A stretch of DNA of 56,853 nucleotides from Minisyncoccota bacterium (lineage in GTDB: Bacteria > Patescibacteriota > Minisyncoccia > JAHIHE01 > JAGLIN01): the NCBI GenBank assembly GCA_023142995.1, contig JAGLIM010000036.1:1-56853 (forward strand), read 5' to 3'. This document shows positions 10,174 to 20,858 of this stretch, one piece after another (within the stretch, counting starts at the first letter, position 1; each line of letters starts with the position of its first letter). The notes beneath the pieces are model-generated. The model was not told the origin of the DNA, made no database searches, and worked only from the letters and a program-made list of their open reading frames with translations. The translations under genes were made by a program, and so were the position numbers.

Positions 10174-10833
10174 TTACTGTAATTTTTCGTTAATAGTTAT
10201 ACCTCCACCACCTACAGCTATTATCTCTAAATACTCCCTGCAACTATCAAAAGTCACTGAATATAAACCATCTTCTAATATAAAAGAATCAGCATTAACA
10301 TATTCCATTAATTCCAAATTATTTTCATCTTGATGCGCAGTCTTAAAGCTTCTAATCACACATTCTCCCTGTGTTGATACTTTTATTTTTAATTCAAGTT
10401 TATTATCAATACAATTACTATCTTTTACTTCAATATCTCCTCGACATTTTTCAATCATTTTTTCAGCTAGCTCTCTGTCATGTTTAATCTTTTTTCTTAT
10501 TTTGATATTTTCTTCAACGTCTATAGTACCAATACCATAATCTTGAACACAATCATATATTTCACAAGTCAAATATTTTTTGTCATTACAAAGAAAAAAT
10601 TTGTCACATTTTGAATCAACGCAATCATTCTCAATAATCTTACATCCTGGAAAATAAGCTTCAAATTTATTTTCAGAATTTTCATTTATTTCAGGTGGCT
10701 TTGGAGTTATACGCTTTCTATTTTTGGATTCGTTCATACAGATCAATACAACACTACAAACAACAACTACCACTAGAATTAACAAAAATATAATTATATT
10801 TGTTTTTGTCTTTTTGTTTTTGTCTTTTTTCAT
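10174..10833 (-). CDS. membrane-anchored cysteine-rich hypothetical protein
   Basis: 219-aa ORF with N-terminal TM IIIFLLILVVVVVCSVVLICM, then a Cys-rich ectodomain (CKIIENDCVDSKCDKFFLCND...CEIYDC). Embedded in the T4P block. No recognisable family. Confidence 0.5.
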   Translation of the reverse strand: MKKDKNKKTKTNIIIFLLILVVVVVCSVVLICMNESKNRKRITPKPPEINENSENKFEAYFPGCKIIENDCVDSKCDKFFLCNDKKYLTCEIYDCVQDYGIGTIDVEENIKIRKKIKHDRELAEKMIEKCRGDIEVKDSNCIDNKLELKIKVSTQGECVIRSFKTAHQDENNLELMEYVNADSFILEDGLYSVTFDSCREYLEIIAVGGGGITINEKLQ

Positions 10834-10848
10834 ATTTGTTTTAAATTA

Positions 10849-11196
10849 TTAATAAATTTTATAGAAAGGGTCTTTATTTCTTTTTTCATAGAAATCTCCA
10901 CTTAAAAAGCTTTCTCCTTCTTCCATTATATCTAATTGATTATTTTTAAGAAGCTCTTCTGTTTCTCTTTTGATTCTTTTAATTTCTCTATTATATTCAC
11001 TAGAATTATTTTCAGTTAATCTTTCATAATCAGGAATATCACTTTCCACTGGATCTATATTAAAAAAGATATAGATAGCTACTAACATAAAAACCAAGAT
11101 TGTCACTAACTTAATCACCAATCCAATTTGCTGATCAATTACTTTCCTTGTTTCTTTAATTAGCTTTTTATCAAAATTATTTTTTTTCATTATCAA
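10849..11196 (-). CDS. small single-pass membrane protein (hypothetical, T4P-block)
   Basis: 115 aa with TM LVIKLVTILVFMLVAIYIFF. Overlaps the stop of the upstream pilO-like gene by 20 nt, which suggests translational coupling. Confidence 0.45.
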   Translation of the reverse strand: MIMKKNNFDKKLIKETRKVIDQQIGLVIKLVTILVFMLVAIYIFFNIDPVESDIPDYERLTENNSSEYNREIKRIKRETEELLKNNQLDIMEEGESFLSGDFYEKRNKDPFYKIY

Positions 11197-11767
11197 AATA
11201 ATAAAATTTAGTATTTACTGAAATATTTAAGATTTTAGATTGCTCTTCATTGTTATTATCACCACTCTTTTTAAGACCTAAAGAATCTATATGGATCAGT
11301 GGAATGCTTTTTTCTAGATCTTCTAAAAAATTTAACAAACTTGTATATCCTCCAGATGCAGAAAAGGAAACATTTTTGCTATAAAAATCTTTATTCACTT
11401 CACCAGCCGTAGATATTGAAAAATTTTCCACTAGTATGCCTCTTTTTTGAGAAATATCAATTATTTTTGCTAGAAAACCTTCATAATTATTTCTTGCATA
11501 TACTAAATTTTTAATTTTTTCAATATTTTCAATATAAGTTTCATTTTCATTCTTTTCTCTTGAGTCTATAATATTAGATAGCAATACTTCTCTTGCTTCA
11601 ACATTTTCAGCCTTTACGTCAATTTCTAAAAGATCAATCCTATAAGTTCTATACAGTGGCGCTACAAAAAAATATAATATAACGCACGACACAATAAGAG
11701 ATGATATAAGAAATACAAAATCTTTTAATATAATTACATTCTTATTAACTAATTTTCTATAATACAT
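11177..11767 (-). CDS. PilO-like pilus assembly protein
   Basis: 196 aa with an N-terminal TM (FVFLISSLIVSCVILYFFV), a predicted coiled segment and a small globular C-terminus. Lies immediately after the pilN-like gene. Assigned by architecture and context only. Confidence 0.45.
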   Translation of the reverse strand: MYYRKLVNKNVIILKDFVFLISSLIVSCVILYFFVAPLYRTYRIDLLEIDVKAENVEAREVLLSNIIDSREKNENETYIENIEKIKNLVYARNNYEGFLAKIIDISQKRGILVENFSISTAGEVNKDFYSKNVSFSASGGYTSLLNFLEDLEKSIPLIHIDSLGLKKSGDNNNEEQSKILNISVNTKFYYFDNEKK

Positions 11768-11890
11768 AATTATCCTAAATATAATAATTTATGATCTGCT
11801 ATGTTGAACTTACTGCATAATTAATCCTTACTACAAGACCTTCTAAGCCTTCTAAGTAAATATCATAAAGCTAATTACACAACAAATTTA

Positions 11891-12739
11891 TTAATTATAG
11901 CTTATATACTCCATCGTTCCATTGAATTCATAAAACTCCAGACTACTATCTTTTTTAAAATTATATGATATCTTTGCGTTTGTAACAAAAGACTTGATTG
12001 ATTTTAGGTCATTTTCAAACCGCTCAAGACGGTCACTATCATAAGAATATCCGCTGAAATTTGCAACGACCTTCTTTTGTCCATTTTCATCCTCTATTAG
12101 CTCAGCTGAAAAGTGATCAACCTTCAAAAATCTATCTGTTTTCGAAGTAAGAATTGATAAACCACGATTCCAGTATTCTTGATGATATAATACTATGTCT
12201 TCTTTAAGAAATAAAATCCCATCAAATACGATTTCTTCATTGCCATTAGGATTTATGCTCGTAATATCAATACCATCTATCCAATAGTTATCTTTAAAAA
12301 CAGTAATTTGTTTTAACGCTTCAGAAACATTTTTAGCATATCCCTGAAATTTGAATGTTAACATTCTTTTATCTTTGTTTAAGGAAAATTCGCCGCTCGT
12401 TAAATATATGTCTTTATTTATTATATTTTGTATTTCACTTAGCGCATTAGAATAATAACTATGATTATCAAGCAATGCTGAAGCATTCTTTATACTATCC
12501 TTAATTAATTCTGACTTATTCTTGTCTATTTCCTCAATTATACTATCGTCTAATTCACCTAGCTTTGTATCAATAAATTTTGATTCACCTGCAATAGCCA
12601 TATTAAAGATAAAAATAATTGCATAACAAAAAATAGACAGAGACAACATTGTAAAAGAAATTACAAAAACGCCTTTTTTGTTATCCTCAACATATTTTTT
12701 TTCTTTTACATTCTTTGGTAATAAGTTAACAGAATTCAT
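11891..12739 (-). CDS. PilN-like fimbrial assembly protein (extended)
   Basis: N-terminus MNSVNLLPKN carries the (I/V)NLLP motif typical of PilN, followed by a TM (VFVISFTMLSLSIFCYAIIFIF). At 282 aa it is longer than classical PilN. Confidence 0.55.
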   Translation of the reverse strand: MNSVNLLPKNVKEKKYVEDNKKGVFVISFTMLSLSIFCYAIIFIFNMAIAGESKFIDTKLGELDDSIIEEIDKNKSELIKDSIKNASALLDNHSYYSNALSEIQNIINKDIYLTSGEFSLNKDKRMLTFKFQGYAKNVSEALKQITVFKDNYWIDGIDITSINPNGNEEIVFDGILFLKEDIVLYHQEYWNRGLSILTSKTDRFLKVDHFSAELIEDENGQKKVVANFSGYSYDSDRLERFENDLKSIKSFVTNAKISYNFKKDSSLEFYEFNGTMEYISYN

Positions 12740-12831
12740 TTTATATAACTTATTTCGATTAAAAACTTGTGAATTTAATATTAGCTATTTATACGCCTAA
12801 TATCTAATAATATAATTTATTATTTATGTTT

Positions 12832-12860
12832 ATTATAACATAATTGCTAATTAATCGCAA
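12832..12860 (-). promoter_or_regulatory. sigma70-type promoter upstream of the pilN-like operon
   Basis: Minus strand reads TTGCGA - 17 nt - TATAAT, about 90 nt upstream of ATG 12739. Confidence 0.5.
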
Positions 12861-12934
12861 AACTAAAAAATAACTTTCTATATAAAAGAATATTTTTATC
12901 AAAATCATATAATTACACTGAAATAAGCGCTAAT

Positions 12935-13462
12935 CTATAACACACAAATTTCTTTTAATGTTTTTTCAAAAACACTTATAGCTCTTTTCGCTTCTTCAGG
13001 ATCAACATCAAAGTTTGGATCATTAACGATTCTTTCCCTTAGTTTGGAAGACCAGATAATTTCATCTTTTAGCTCTATTTGCTCTTCTGGAACTTTTCTT
13101 AATTTTTGTTCAACACTATCACCCGAAAAATTAGCTACTTTTAAAACTCTATTAAACAACTCTTCTGCTGAGACAATCGCACCTTTATAATCATCTGGAT
13201 TTTTAGATTCAACATCTAAACTAATTGATTCCCATTGTCTTTGTATTTTGCTTTTAGATAATTTTCCATCTTCAATTGCCTCTGCAACGATCTCTTTAAT
13301 TCTAATTTTGAACCCATCTTCAACTCTATATAATATAAATATGATCCCAGCAGTAAATGATATTGTCAAAAAAATAAAGAAACATTTAATCAGCCAAAAA
13401 AGATACGGCCACCAACTGACATCTATCGTTAAACCCCCAATTTCCATTATTTCCTGAGCCAT
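12935..13462 (-). CDS. hypothetical membrane protein
   Basis: 175-aa ORF with an N-terminal hydrophobic hairpin (WWPYLFWLIKCFFIFLTISFTAGIIFILY) and a charged C-terminal domain. No family recognised. Confidence 0.5.
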   Translation of the reverse strand: MAQEIMEIGGLTIDVSWWPYLFWLIKCFFIFLTISFTAGIIFILYRVEDGFKIRIKEIVAEAIEDGKLSKSKIQRQWESISLDVESKNPDDYKGAIVSAEELFNRVLKVANFSGDSVEQKLRKVPEEQIELKDEIIWSSKLRERIVNDPNFDVDPEEAKRAISVFEKTLKEICVL

Positions 13463-13464
13463 AG

Positions 13465-13548
13465 ATTAGTATTAAGTATTAAGTATTAAGTATTAAGTAT
13501 TAAGTATCGAGCTTAATACTAAATACTAAATACTTGATACTGAATATT
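13465..13548. repeat. inverted heptamer arrays (AGTATTA)5-6 / (AATACT-type)4 forming a ~35-bp imperfect hairpin
   Basis: Direct reading. Loop centred at about 13503-13510. The right arm encodes the last residues and stop codon of gatA (..YSVSSI*). Confidence 0.85.
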
Positions 13549-15007
13549 TGTGCCACTTCGTGTTTTTCTCATATACATTAGCTAATCTTAAAACAGTTTT
13601 CTCGTCAAAAGCTTTTCCAATGATCTGCATACCAATTGGCATTTCTTTTTCTCCATCATTTGGCTTTACAAATCCGCATGGAATAGAAACGGCTGGCAAT
13701 CCTGCAAGACTTATAGCACTCAAGAAAATATCCTCCATATACATTTCCAAAGGGTTACCACTATGCTCACCAATTTTGAAAGCAACGTTTGGAGTTGTTG
13801 GAGAAATGATCAAATCAACATTTTCAAAAGCATCCTTGAAGTCCTTAATGATCAAGGCTCTAACCTTTTGTGCTTTTAAGTAATATGCATCATAATATCC
13901 ACTGCTCAGAGCATATGTTCCAAGCATTATCCTTCTTTTTGCTTCACTTCCGAACCCCTTACCTCGAGATTTTATATACACGTCTAATAATTTTGAGCTT
14001 TGAGTTTCTGAATGTCCATATTTAATACCATCAAATCTTGCTAAATTAGAACTTACTTCACAAGGCGTAATTATATAATAAGTCGGTACTGCATATTTTG
14101 TATGCGGAAGACTTATTTCTATGATTTCAGCACCCAAACTTTTAATTTTCTCTATTGCGTTTTCAACGGCTTTCTTGATATCGCTGTCTAATTCATCAAT
14201 AAAGTATTCACTAGGAATACCAATTTTTAATCCTTTGATATTTTCATTTTTCAAAAGTTCTTGATAACTATCAATTTTATTGCCAGAAATTGTTGAGTCT
14301 TTTTTATCAATCCCAGCAATTTTTTCAAGAACAATCGCCACATCTGTAACATTTTTTGCCATAATACTTGGACAATCTGTTGAAGATGTCATTGAGATTA
14401 AACCGAAACGTGAAACTCGTCCATAAGTCGGCTTCAATCCAACAAGACCACAAAATGCTGCGGGTTGCCGTATAGATCCTCCGGTATCAGTTCCAATCGA
14501 ATAGATACATTGGTCTGCAGAAACAGAAGATGCGCTCCCTCCAGATGAACCACCAGGAACCCTTTGCAGATCCCATGGATTATGAGTTGTAAAAAAGTCT
14601 GAATTTTCAGTTGAAGCACCATGCGCAAAAGCATCACAATTCACTTTTCCAAGCATCACCATCCCTTCTTTTTTAAGTTTAGAGATCAAAGTGGCGTCAT
14701 AAGCTGGAATATAATTTTTCAAAATGTTTGAAGCCGCAGTTGTTAAAATTCCTTTAGTATTAATTATATCCTTAATTGAACAAGGAATTCCCAATAAAGT
14801 ATTATTATTTTCTCCCGCTTTGATCTTTTTATCAGCTTCTTTAGCTTGGCTTAGTGCCAAATCCTCTGTAACGGTTATAAAAGACTTAATCTTATCATCA
14901 GTCTTTTTTATCCTATCCAGATAAACCTCGGTCAATTCAACAGACGAGAATTCTTTTTTTTGTAAGCCAACACTGGCCTGTGTAATGCTTAATTCGTTGA
15001 GAGTCAT
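13526..15007 (-). CDS. gatA: Asp-tRNA(Asn)/Glu-tRNA(Gln) amidotransferase subunit A
   Basis: 493 aa with amidase signature GGSSGGSASSV...GTDTGGSIRQPAAFCG. Typical GatA N-terminus (ELTEVYLDRI). gatC lies immediately upstream. Confidence 0.95.
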   Translation of the reverse strand: MTLNELSITQASVGLQKKEFSSVELTEVYLDRIKKTDDKIKSFITVTEDLALSQAKEADKKIKAGENNNTLLGIPCSIKDIINTKGILTTAASNILKNYIPAYDATLISKLKKEGMVMLGKVNCDAFAHGASTENSDFFTTHNPWDLQRVPGGSSGGSASSVSADQCIYSIGTDTGGSIRQPAAFCGLVGLKPTYGRVSRFGLISMTSSTDCPSIMAKNVTDVAIVLEKIAGIDKKDSTISGNKIDSYQELLKNENIKGLKIGIPSEYFIDELDSDIKKAVENAIEKIKSLGAEIIEISLPHTKYAVPTYYIITPCEVSSNLARFDGIKYGHSETQSSKLLDVYIKSRGKGFGSEAKRRIMLGTYALSSGYYDAYYLKAQKVRALIIKDFKDAFENVDLIISPTTPNVAFKIGEHSGNPLEMYMEDIFLSAISLAGLPAVSIPCGFVKPNDGEKEMPIGMQIIGKAFDEKTVLRLANVYEKNTKWHKYSVSSI

Positions 15008-15083
15008 AAGTAATACGTGGTTTTAGTTTGTTTAATATATTTAAAGCTTCAATAATTTCAAAATAATATATAATATTTTTTAT

Positions 15084-15282
15084 AATTTTCAATTCACAAT
15101 TTTCAATTTTCAGTGAATAATCAATTTTCAATTTTCAAACTTCTATTTCTTTTGATTTTTCAGTTTTTTGTCATAATTTTCTTGTAGAATCTTTTATCTT
15201 TAGATTTACAATTTAATAATGTTTGTTTGAAAATTAAATAATTGAAAATTAAATGAAAATTGAAAATTGTGAATTGAAAATT
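15084..15282. repeat. long inverted repeat of heptamer-periodic sequence (TTTTCAA-type) between gatC and gatA
   Basis: Perfect 29-bp arms AATTTTCAATTCACAATTTTCAATTTTCA (15084-15112) and its reverse complement (15254-15282). The arms extend imperfectly to about 57 bp and enclose about 85-140 nt of non-coding sequence. Confidence 0.9.
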
Positions 15283-15286
15283 CTTA

Positions 15287-15589
15287 TCACATCACCTGCT
15301 TCACCTTAATATAGCCATCTTTTCCCTGAGGAAAATTATCAATTATCTTATCTTTACTATCTTCGTCACAATCTTCTGCGACATCGTCTCTTAGGGCATT
15401 CATAATTCCAGTTACCTGAGATACAGGTTCAACTTCTTTTGTATTAACTTCGGCAAGCTGATCAATATAACCCAAAACATCAGAAAGCTCATTTGCGTAT
15501 TTCTCTGTTTCTTCTGAAGTTAATTCTATTCTTGCTAAATCTGCGATATGTTCAACTTCTTTTGTTGATATTTTTTTATTGTCTGTCAT
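15287..15589 (-). CDS. gatC: Asp-tRNA(Asn)/Glu-tRNA(Gln) amidotransferase subunit C
   Basis: 100 aa, with VEHIADLARIELTSEETEKYANELSDVLGYIDQL matching the GatC consensus. Lies upstream of gatA. Confidence 0.9.
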   Translation of the reverse strand: MTDNKKISTKEVEHIADLARIELTSEETEKYANELSDVLGYIDQLAEVNTKEVEPVSQVTGIMNALRDDVAEDCDEDSKDKIIDNFPQGKDGYIKVKQVM

Positions 15590-15647
15590 TTTTTTTATTT
15601 ACACTCCTTCGCTTTTTAAATTTCACTTTTTGTTATTTTAAGATAAT

Positions 15648-15745
15648 ATTTATCTTTAGGAACATCTGAAAAACGCAATTTTTGTCATTCCCTTACTGAA
15701 ATAAATTCTAAAGTAGAAATTTATTAGTTTATCAGAACTTCCTTA
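15648..15745. repeat. short member of the CTCTGAAAAAC-ended repeat family
   Basis: AGGAACATCTGAAAAACGCAATTTTTGTCATTCCC ... AGTTTATCAGAACTTCCT. Related ends occur at 26118-26240 and 39805-40128. Confidence 0.55.
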
Positions 15746-15800
15746 ATTTACCATCAGTTTGCTTTCTATTAGTATAACATCATTTCAAACATATTAAAAC

Positions 15801-17798
<1,998 letters not shown>

Positions 17799-17936
17799 TT
17801 AGAAAACAAAATTATTTAACAGTCCTTTTGGGACTCATCTATAGATAACATCCCTAAGTTCACTCAGTTTTGTGCTAGATTAGTTTAAAAATTGAAGGAT
17901 ATTGTATATAATTATAAAACCATCCAATTTCAACCT

Positions 17937-17974
17937 ATAACCTCTTTACTGACGACCGTCAGTAAAGAGGTTAT
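17937..17974. repeat. 18-bp-stem perfect hairpin ATAACCTCTTTACTGACG-AC-CGTCAGTAAAGAGGTTAT, copy 1 (about 60 nt after the pilD stop)
   Basis: Direct reading. A second copy lies at 51891-51932. Confidence 0.85.
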
Positions 17975-18032
17975 CGTTGAATTTATTGTAAAATGATTAT
18001 AAAATGATTATAAAAAAACAACAAAATTCTTC

Positions 18033-18809
18033 TTAGACAAAAAATGTTTGAATATACCAATTTATTATTTCATTACCCCAGAACAATGCTATGAAAGTTC
18101 CCATGACTAAAAACGGTCCGAAAGGTACCATGGAGTTCATTTTCTTTTTACCTGCGATGACAAGTGGAATTCCGTAAATTGAACCTAGTATAAATGATAT
18201 TAACATCGCAAATAATAATACAGGCCATCCCAAGATCAAACCCATTAAAAAAGCTAATTTCACATCACCGCCACCCATTCCTTTCCCTTTCGTCAAAAGA
18301 AGGATTGAGAAAAGAAAAAGAGAACCAACAAGTGCTGCGGCAAGAGTATTGAGAAATTGTAAATTAGCAAAAATAAGATTATAGATCAATGCAATAATAA
18401 CCGCTGGAAATATGATCTTATCAGGTATGATAAAATGTTTTAGATCATAAGAAAGCACAACTATCAATACTGAGAGCATATAAAATAAAAATAACCATTC
18501 TATCAATAATGGAATACTAGATACAAATGGGAAATAACAACAAACTAGAATAAACAATAAGCCAGTTGTAATTTCTATGATCGGATATTGAAAAGATATT
18601 TTTTTTCTGCAATATCTACATTTTCCTTTTAAAAATAAAAAGCTGAAAACCGGCACTAGATCATACCAGCTTAATTTGTGACCACAGTATAAACACTTTG
18701 ATCTATCATTTATAATCTTATCGCCTGTTTCTAACCTGAAAATAACAACGTTTAAGAAACTGCCAATAGCTAAACCAAAAATAAAAATTATAAGATAAAA
18801 AATAATCAT
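18033..18809 (-). CDS. pilD: prepilin peptidase / N-methyltransferase family (A24)
   Basis: CLYCGHKLSWYDLVPVFSF...CRYCRKKIS zinc-binding N-domain. Catalytic Asp contexts DLKHFIIPD and GGGDVKL. Polytopic membrane protein. Confidence 0.9.
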   Translation of the reverse strand: MIIFYLIIFIFGLAIGSFLNVVIFRLETGDKIINDRSKCLYCGHKLSWYDLVPVFSFLFLKGKCRYCRKKISFQYPIIEITTGLLFILVCCYFPFVSSIPLLIEWLFLFYMLSVLIVVLSYDLKHFIIPDKIIFPAVIIALIYNLIFANLQFLNTLAAALVGSLFLFSILLLTKGKGMGGGDVKLAFLMGLILGWPVLLFAMLISFILGSIYGIPLVIAGKKKMNSMVPFGPFLVMGTFIALFWGNEIINWYIQTFFV

Positions 18810-18894
18810 TTAAATTGTTAATTAATTAGTATCATCTTTTGATAAGAGTCTGCTCTAAGAGATACCGAGGATTAAAGAAAATTTCACATAAAAT

Positions 18895-18966
18895 TTACAG
18901 AGCATTATACAAAATTACAACCAAAAGTTCAATTACTGCGAATCTTTTATGTTCTATATTATTCAT
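18895..18966 (-). pseudogene. 23-codon remnant of a pilin 5' end
   Basis: Minus strand ATG AAT AAT ATA GAA CAT AAA AGA TTC GCA GTA ATT GAA CTT TTG GTT GTA ATT TTG TAT AAT GCT CTG TAA translates to MNNIEHKRFAVIELLVVILYNAL*. The nucleotides ATTGAACTTTTGGTTGTAATT are identical to the pilA segment encoding IELLVVI. Gly-1 is missing. Confidence 0.5.
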
Positions 18967-18993
18967 AAATTTATGTTACTGAATTATTTTCTG

Positions 18994-20238
18994 TTAAATC
19001 ACCGGGCTAACGAAATTGCTTAGCATTATTAAATATAAAATTTTATACAAAAAGAAAATAACTATGAATTTCACTACTAGATTGTTAATTGTAAACTTAG
19101 AACTTATTCTTTCTTTGTAAAATAATAATATTCTATAGATTCCAATTGCAGCACAAATATCAATAATTATCACGCTTAACATCATATATCTATAGAATAC
19201 CAAACTAGCAAAATAAGTTACAAACATAAAATATATAACTGAAAATAATAATAATATAAATATATTTTTATAAAATATATTTTTAGAAGATATTTTAAAG
19301 TTTAATCCATGCAATAATGTTTTTCTAAAACAAAATATTAAAAATAGAATAAAGAATATTAAAGTAATAGGAGCTACTATTGATGATTCCCAAATAGATG
19401 AATATTTATATATTTTTTCATCAAACGAAAGGATTGCAATTCTTTCTGTTTCCGTTCCAGATATTAAAACATTATTATTACGGCTAAAAATTTTCTGCAA
19501 AGATAAAATAGGATTAAAAATAAAACCAGGAAATAATATTAATGAAGTAATTAATATATAAAATAAATAATAAAAATAATCATTAAACGCTCCTCGTATT
19601 TTTTTATAATTCAATTGTGAATAATACAACAATACAAATAAAGAGAATGGTACAACGATCAAAGCTGATAATTTACTAAGTATAGCAAAACTTGCAAAAA
19701 AAGATGACCAAAACAAATACTTTTTATATTTATAGCCTTGATTTGTATAAACAATTAAAAATAATAGACTTAATAATATGGATATTGTAGAAAATTTATC
19801 TACAGGCGATGAAGATGTTATGTAATATGAATTTGAAAATATTAACATTACTATCAACAAGGACAAAGCTTTATTAAATTTTAATTTTTTTAATAAAAAA
19901 TATAAAATAAAAAAGAATAACGATATATAAATAATTATTGGAATATTAAAAAAATATAACAGCATTGGTCCATTCATCGTTTCGGCATAAAAAGTGTAAA
20001 TATAAATTGATAAACCTGACAGTGCCATAACAGTTATTCCTGGATGTATGGTCTGTAATCCCCCTACAAAATTATAATTAATAAAATTTTCAACATATAT
20101 TTGCGATCTATCTATCCATATTCTCTCATCAACATTCAAGAAGTCTAAAGGATTTAGTTTTATCTCAGTTGCAAACAAAAGAAAAGATAAACCAAATACC
20201 AAAACTAAATAAAAAAACTCTTTTAACTTTTCATTCAT
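18994..20238 (-). CDS. GT-C fold (ArnT/PMT-like) polytopic membrane glycosyltransferase, candidate pilin glycosylase
   Basis: About 12 predicted TM segments. First-loop acidic motif (NVDERIWIDRS) and an HPG element (TIHPGITVMAL) resemble GT39/GT83-type enzymes. The ORF opens at TTG 20256; ATG 20238 is preferred. Lies directly downstream of pilA. Confidence 0.45.
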   Translation of the reverse strand: MNEKLKEFFYLVLVFGLSFLLFATEIKLNPLDFLNVDERIWIDRSQIYVENFINYNFVGGLQTIHPGITVMALSGLSIYIYTFYAETMNGPMLLYFFNIPIIIYISLFFFILYFLLKKLKFNKALSLLIVMLIFSNSYYITSSSPVDKFSTISILLSLLFLIVYTNQGYKYKKYLFWSSFFASFAILSKLSALIVVPFSLFVLLYYSQLNYKKIRGAFNDYFYYLFYILITSLILFPGFIFNPILSLQKIFSRNNNVLISGTETERIAILSFDEKIYKYSSIWESSIVAPITLIFFILFLIFCFRKTLLHGLNFKISSKNIFYKNIFILLLFSVIYFMFVTYFASLVFYRYMMLSVIIIDICAAIGIYRILLFYKERISSKFTINNLVVKFIVIFFLYKILYLIMLSNFVSPVI

Positions 20239-20291
20239 AAAATTTACTATAAACAAGCATTACAACGATTAAACACTTTTTAAAAGTATAA

Positions 20292-20334
20292 CAAAAAAAA
20301 ACAAAAGAGTAAATTTAAATATTACTCTTTTGTT
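20292..20334 (-). terminator. intrinsic terminator downstream of pilA
   Basis: Minus strand: ACAAAAGAGTAA - 9-nt loop - TTACTCTTTTGT, then a T9 run, starting 26 nt after the pilA stop. Confidence 0.75.
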
Positions 20335-20359
20335 AATAAATTAAACAAACAGCACTAAA

Positions 20360-20791
20360 TTAGTTGAAACAGTCTGAAGTAGAAGCGTTAAGATCAGTTG
20401 TAAGAGTGGATTTTGAAACTCCAGAAGCATCAGCACACCAAGTCATTGTAGTATCGCTACATAATGGTGCACGAATTTTATATCCCTGAGCTCCAACAGT
20501 TATAGTATATGCACCAGGAACAGTAGTATTACTACATCCTGGAGGAGTTATTGCAGTAGTTCCAAGTTCAGCAGCAGTATCACAAGCTAATCCGTATTCT
20601 CCATTATTATCATCATAACAAATTTCCATTGCATTCTTAATTTGAGAAATTTCAGATTTTATTTCAGTATCATATCCCTTATTTCTTGCATCATTCAAAG
20701 ATACAAGGACAATAGATGCCAAGATACCAATAATTGCAATTACAACCAAAAGTTCAATTAATGTAAAACCTTTTTGATTTGTTTTTATCAT
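20360..20791 (-). CDS. pilA: type IV major pilin
   Basis: MIKTNQKG|FTLIELLVVIAIIGILASIVLVSL canonical T4a signal. Cys pairs and a Ser/Thr-rich C-terminus. Strong RBS AAGGAGGTG, with its own promoter and terminator. Confidence 0.9.
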   Translation of the reverse strand: MIKTNQKGFTLIELLVVIAIIGILASIVLVSLNDARNKGYDTEIKSEISQIKNAMEICYDDNNGEYGLACDTAAELGTTAITPPGCSNTTVPGAYTITVGAQGYKIRAPLCSDTTMTWCADASGVSKSTLTTDLNASTSDCFN

Positions 20792-20858
20792 CTATTTCAC
20801 CTCCTTTCTTGTATTTAAAATTTAGTTTTTATAGAATAGATATTTACTAACTTCTTTA

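Noticed and set aside
14937-15131. 64-aa minus-strand ORF in the gatC-gatA spacer
   Set aside because: It is the translation of the heptamer-periodic inverted-repeat arm (KIENCELKII..) and overlaps the gatA start. A repeat artefact, not a gene.
13465-15282. Possibility that the 7-bp tandem arrays are CRISPR or other spacer-containing arrays
   Set aside because: The units are 7 bp, contiguous and without unique spacers. No cas genes are in the window. The arrays occur as inverted pairs or in frame within genes.
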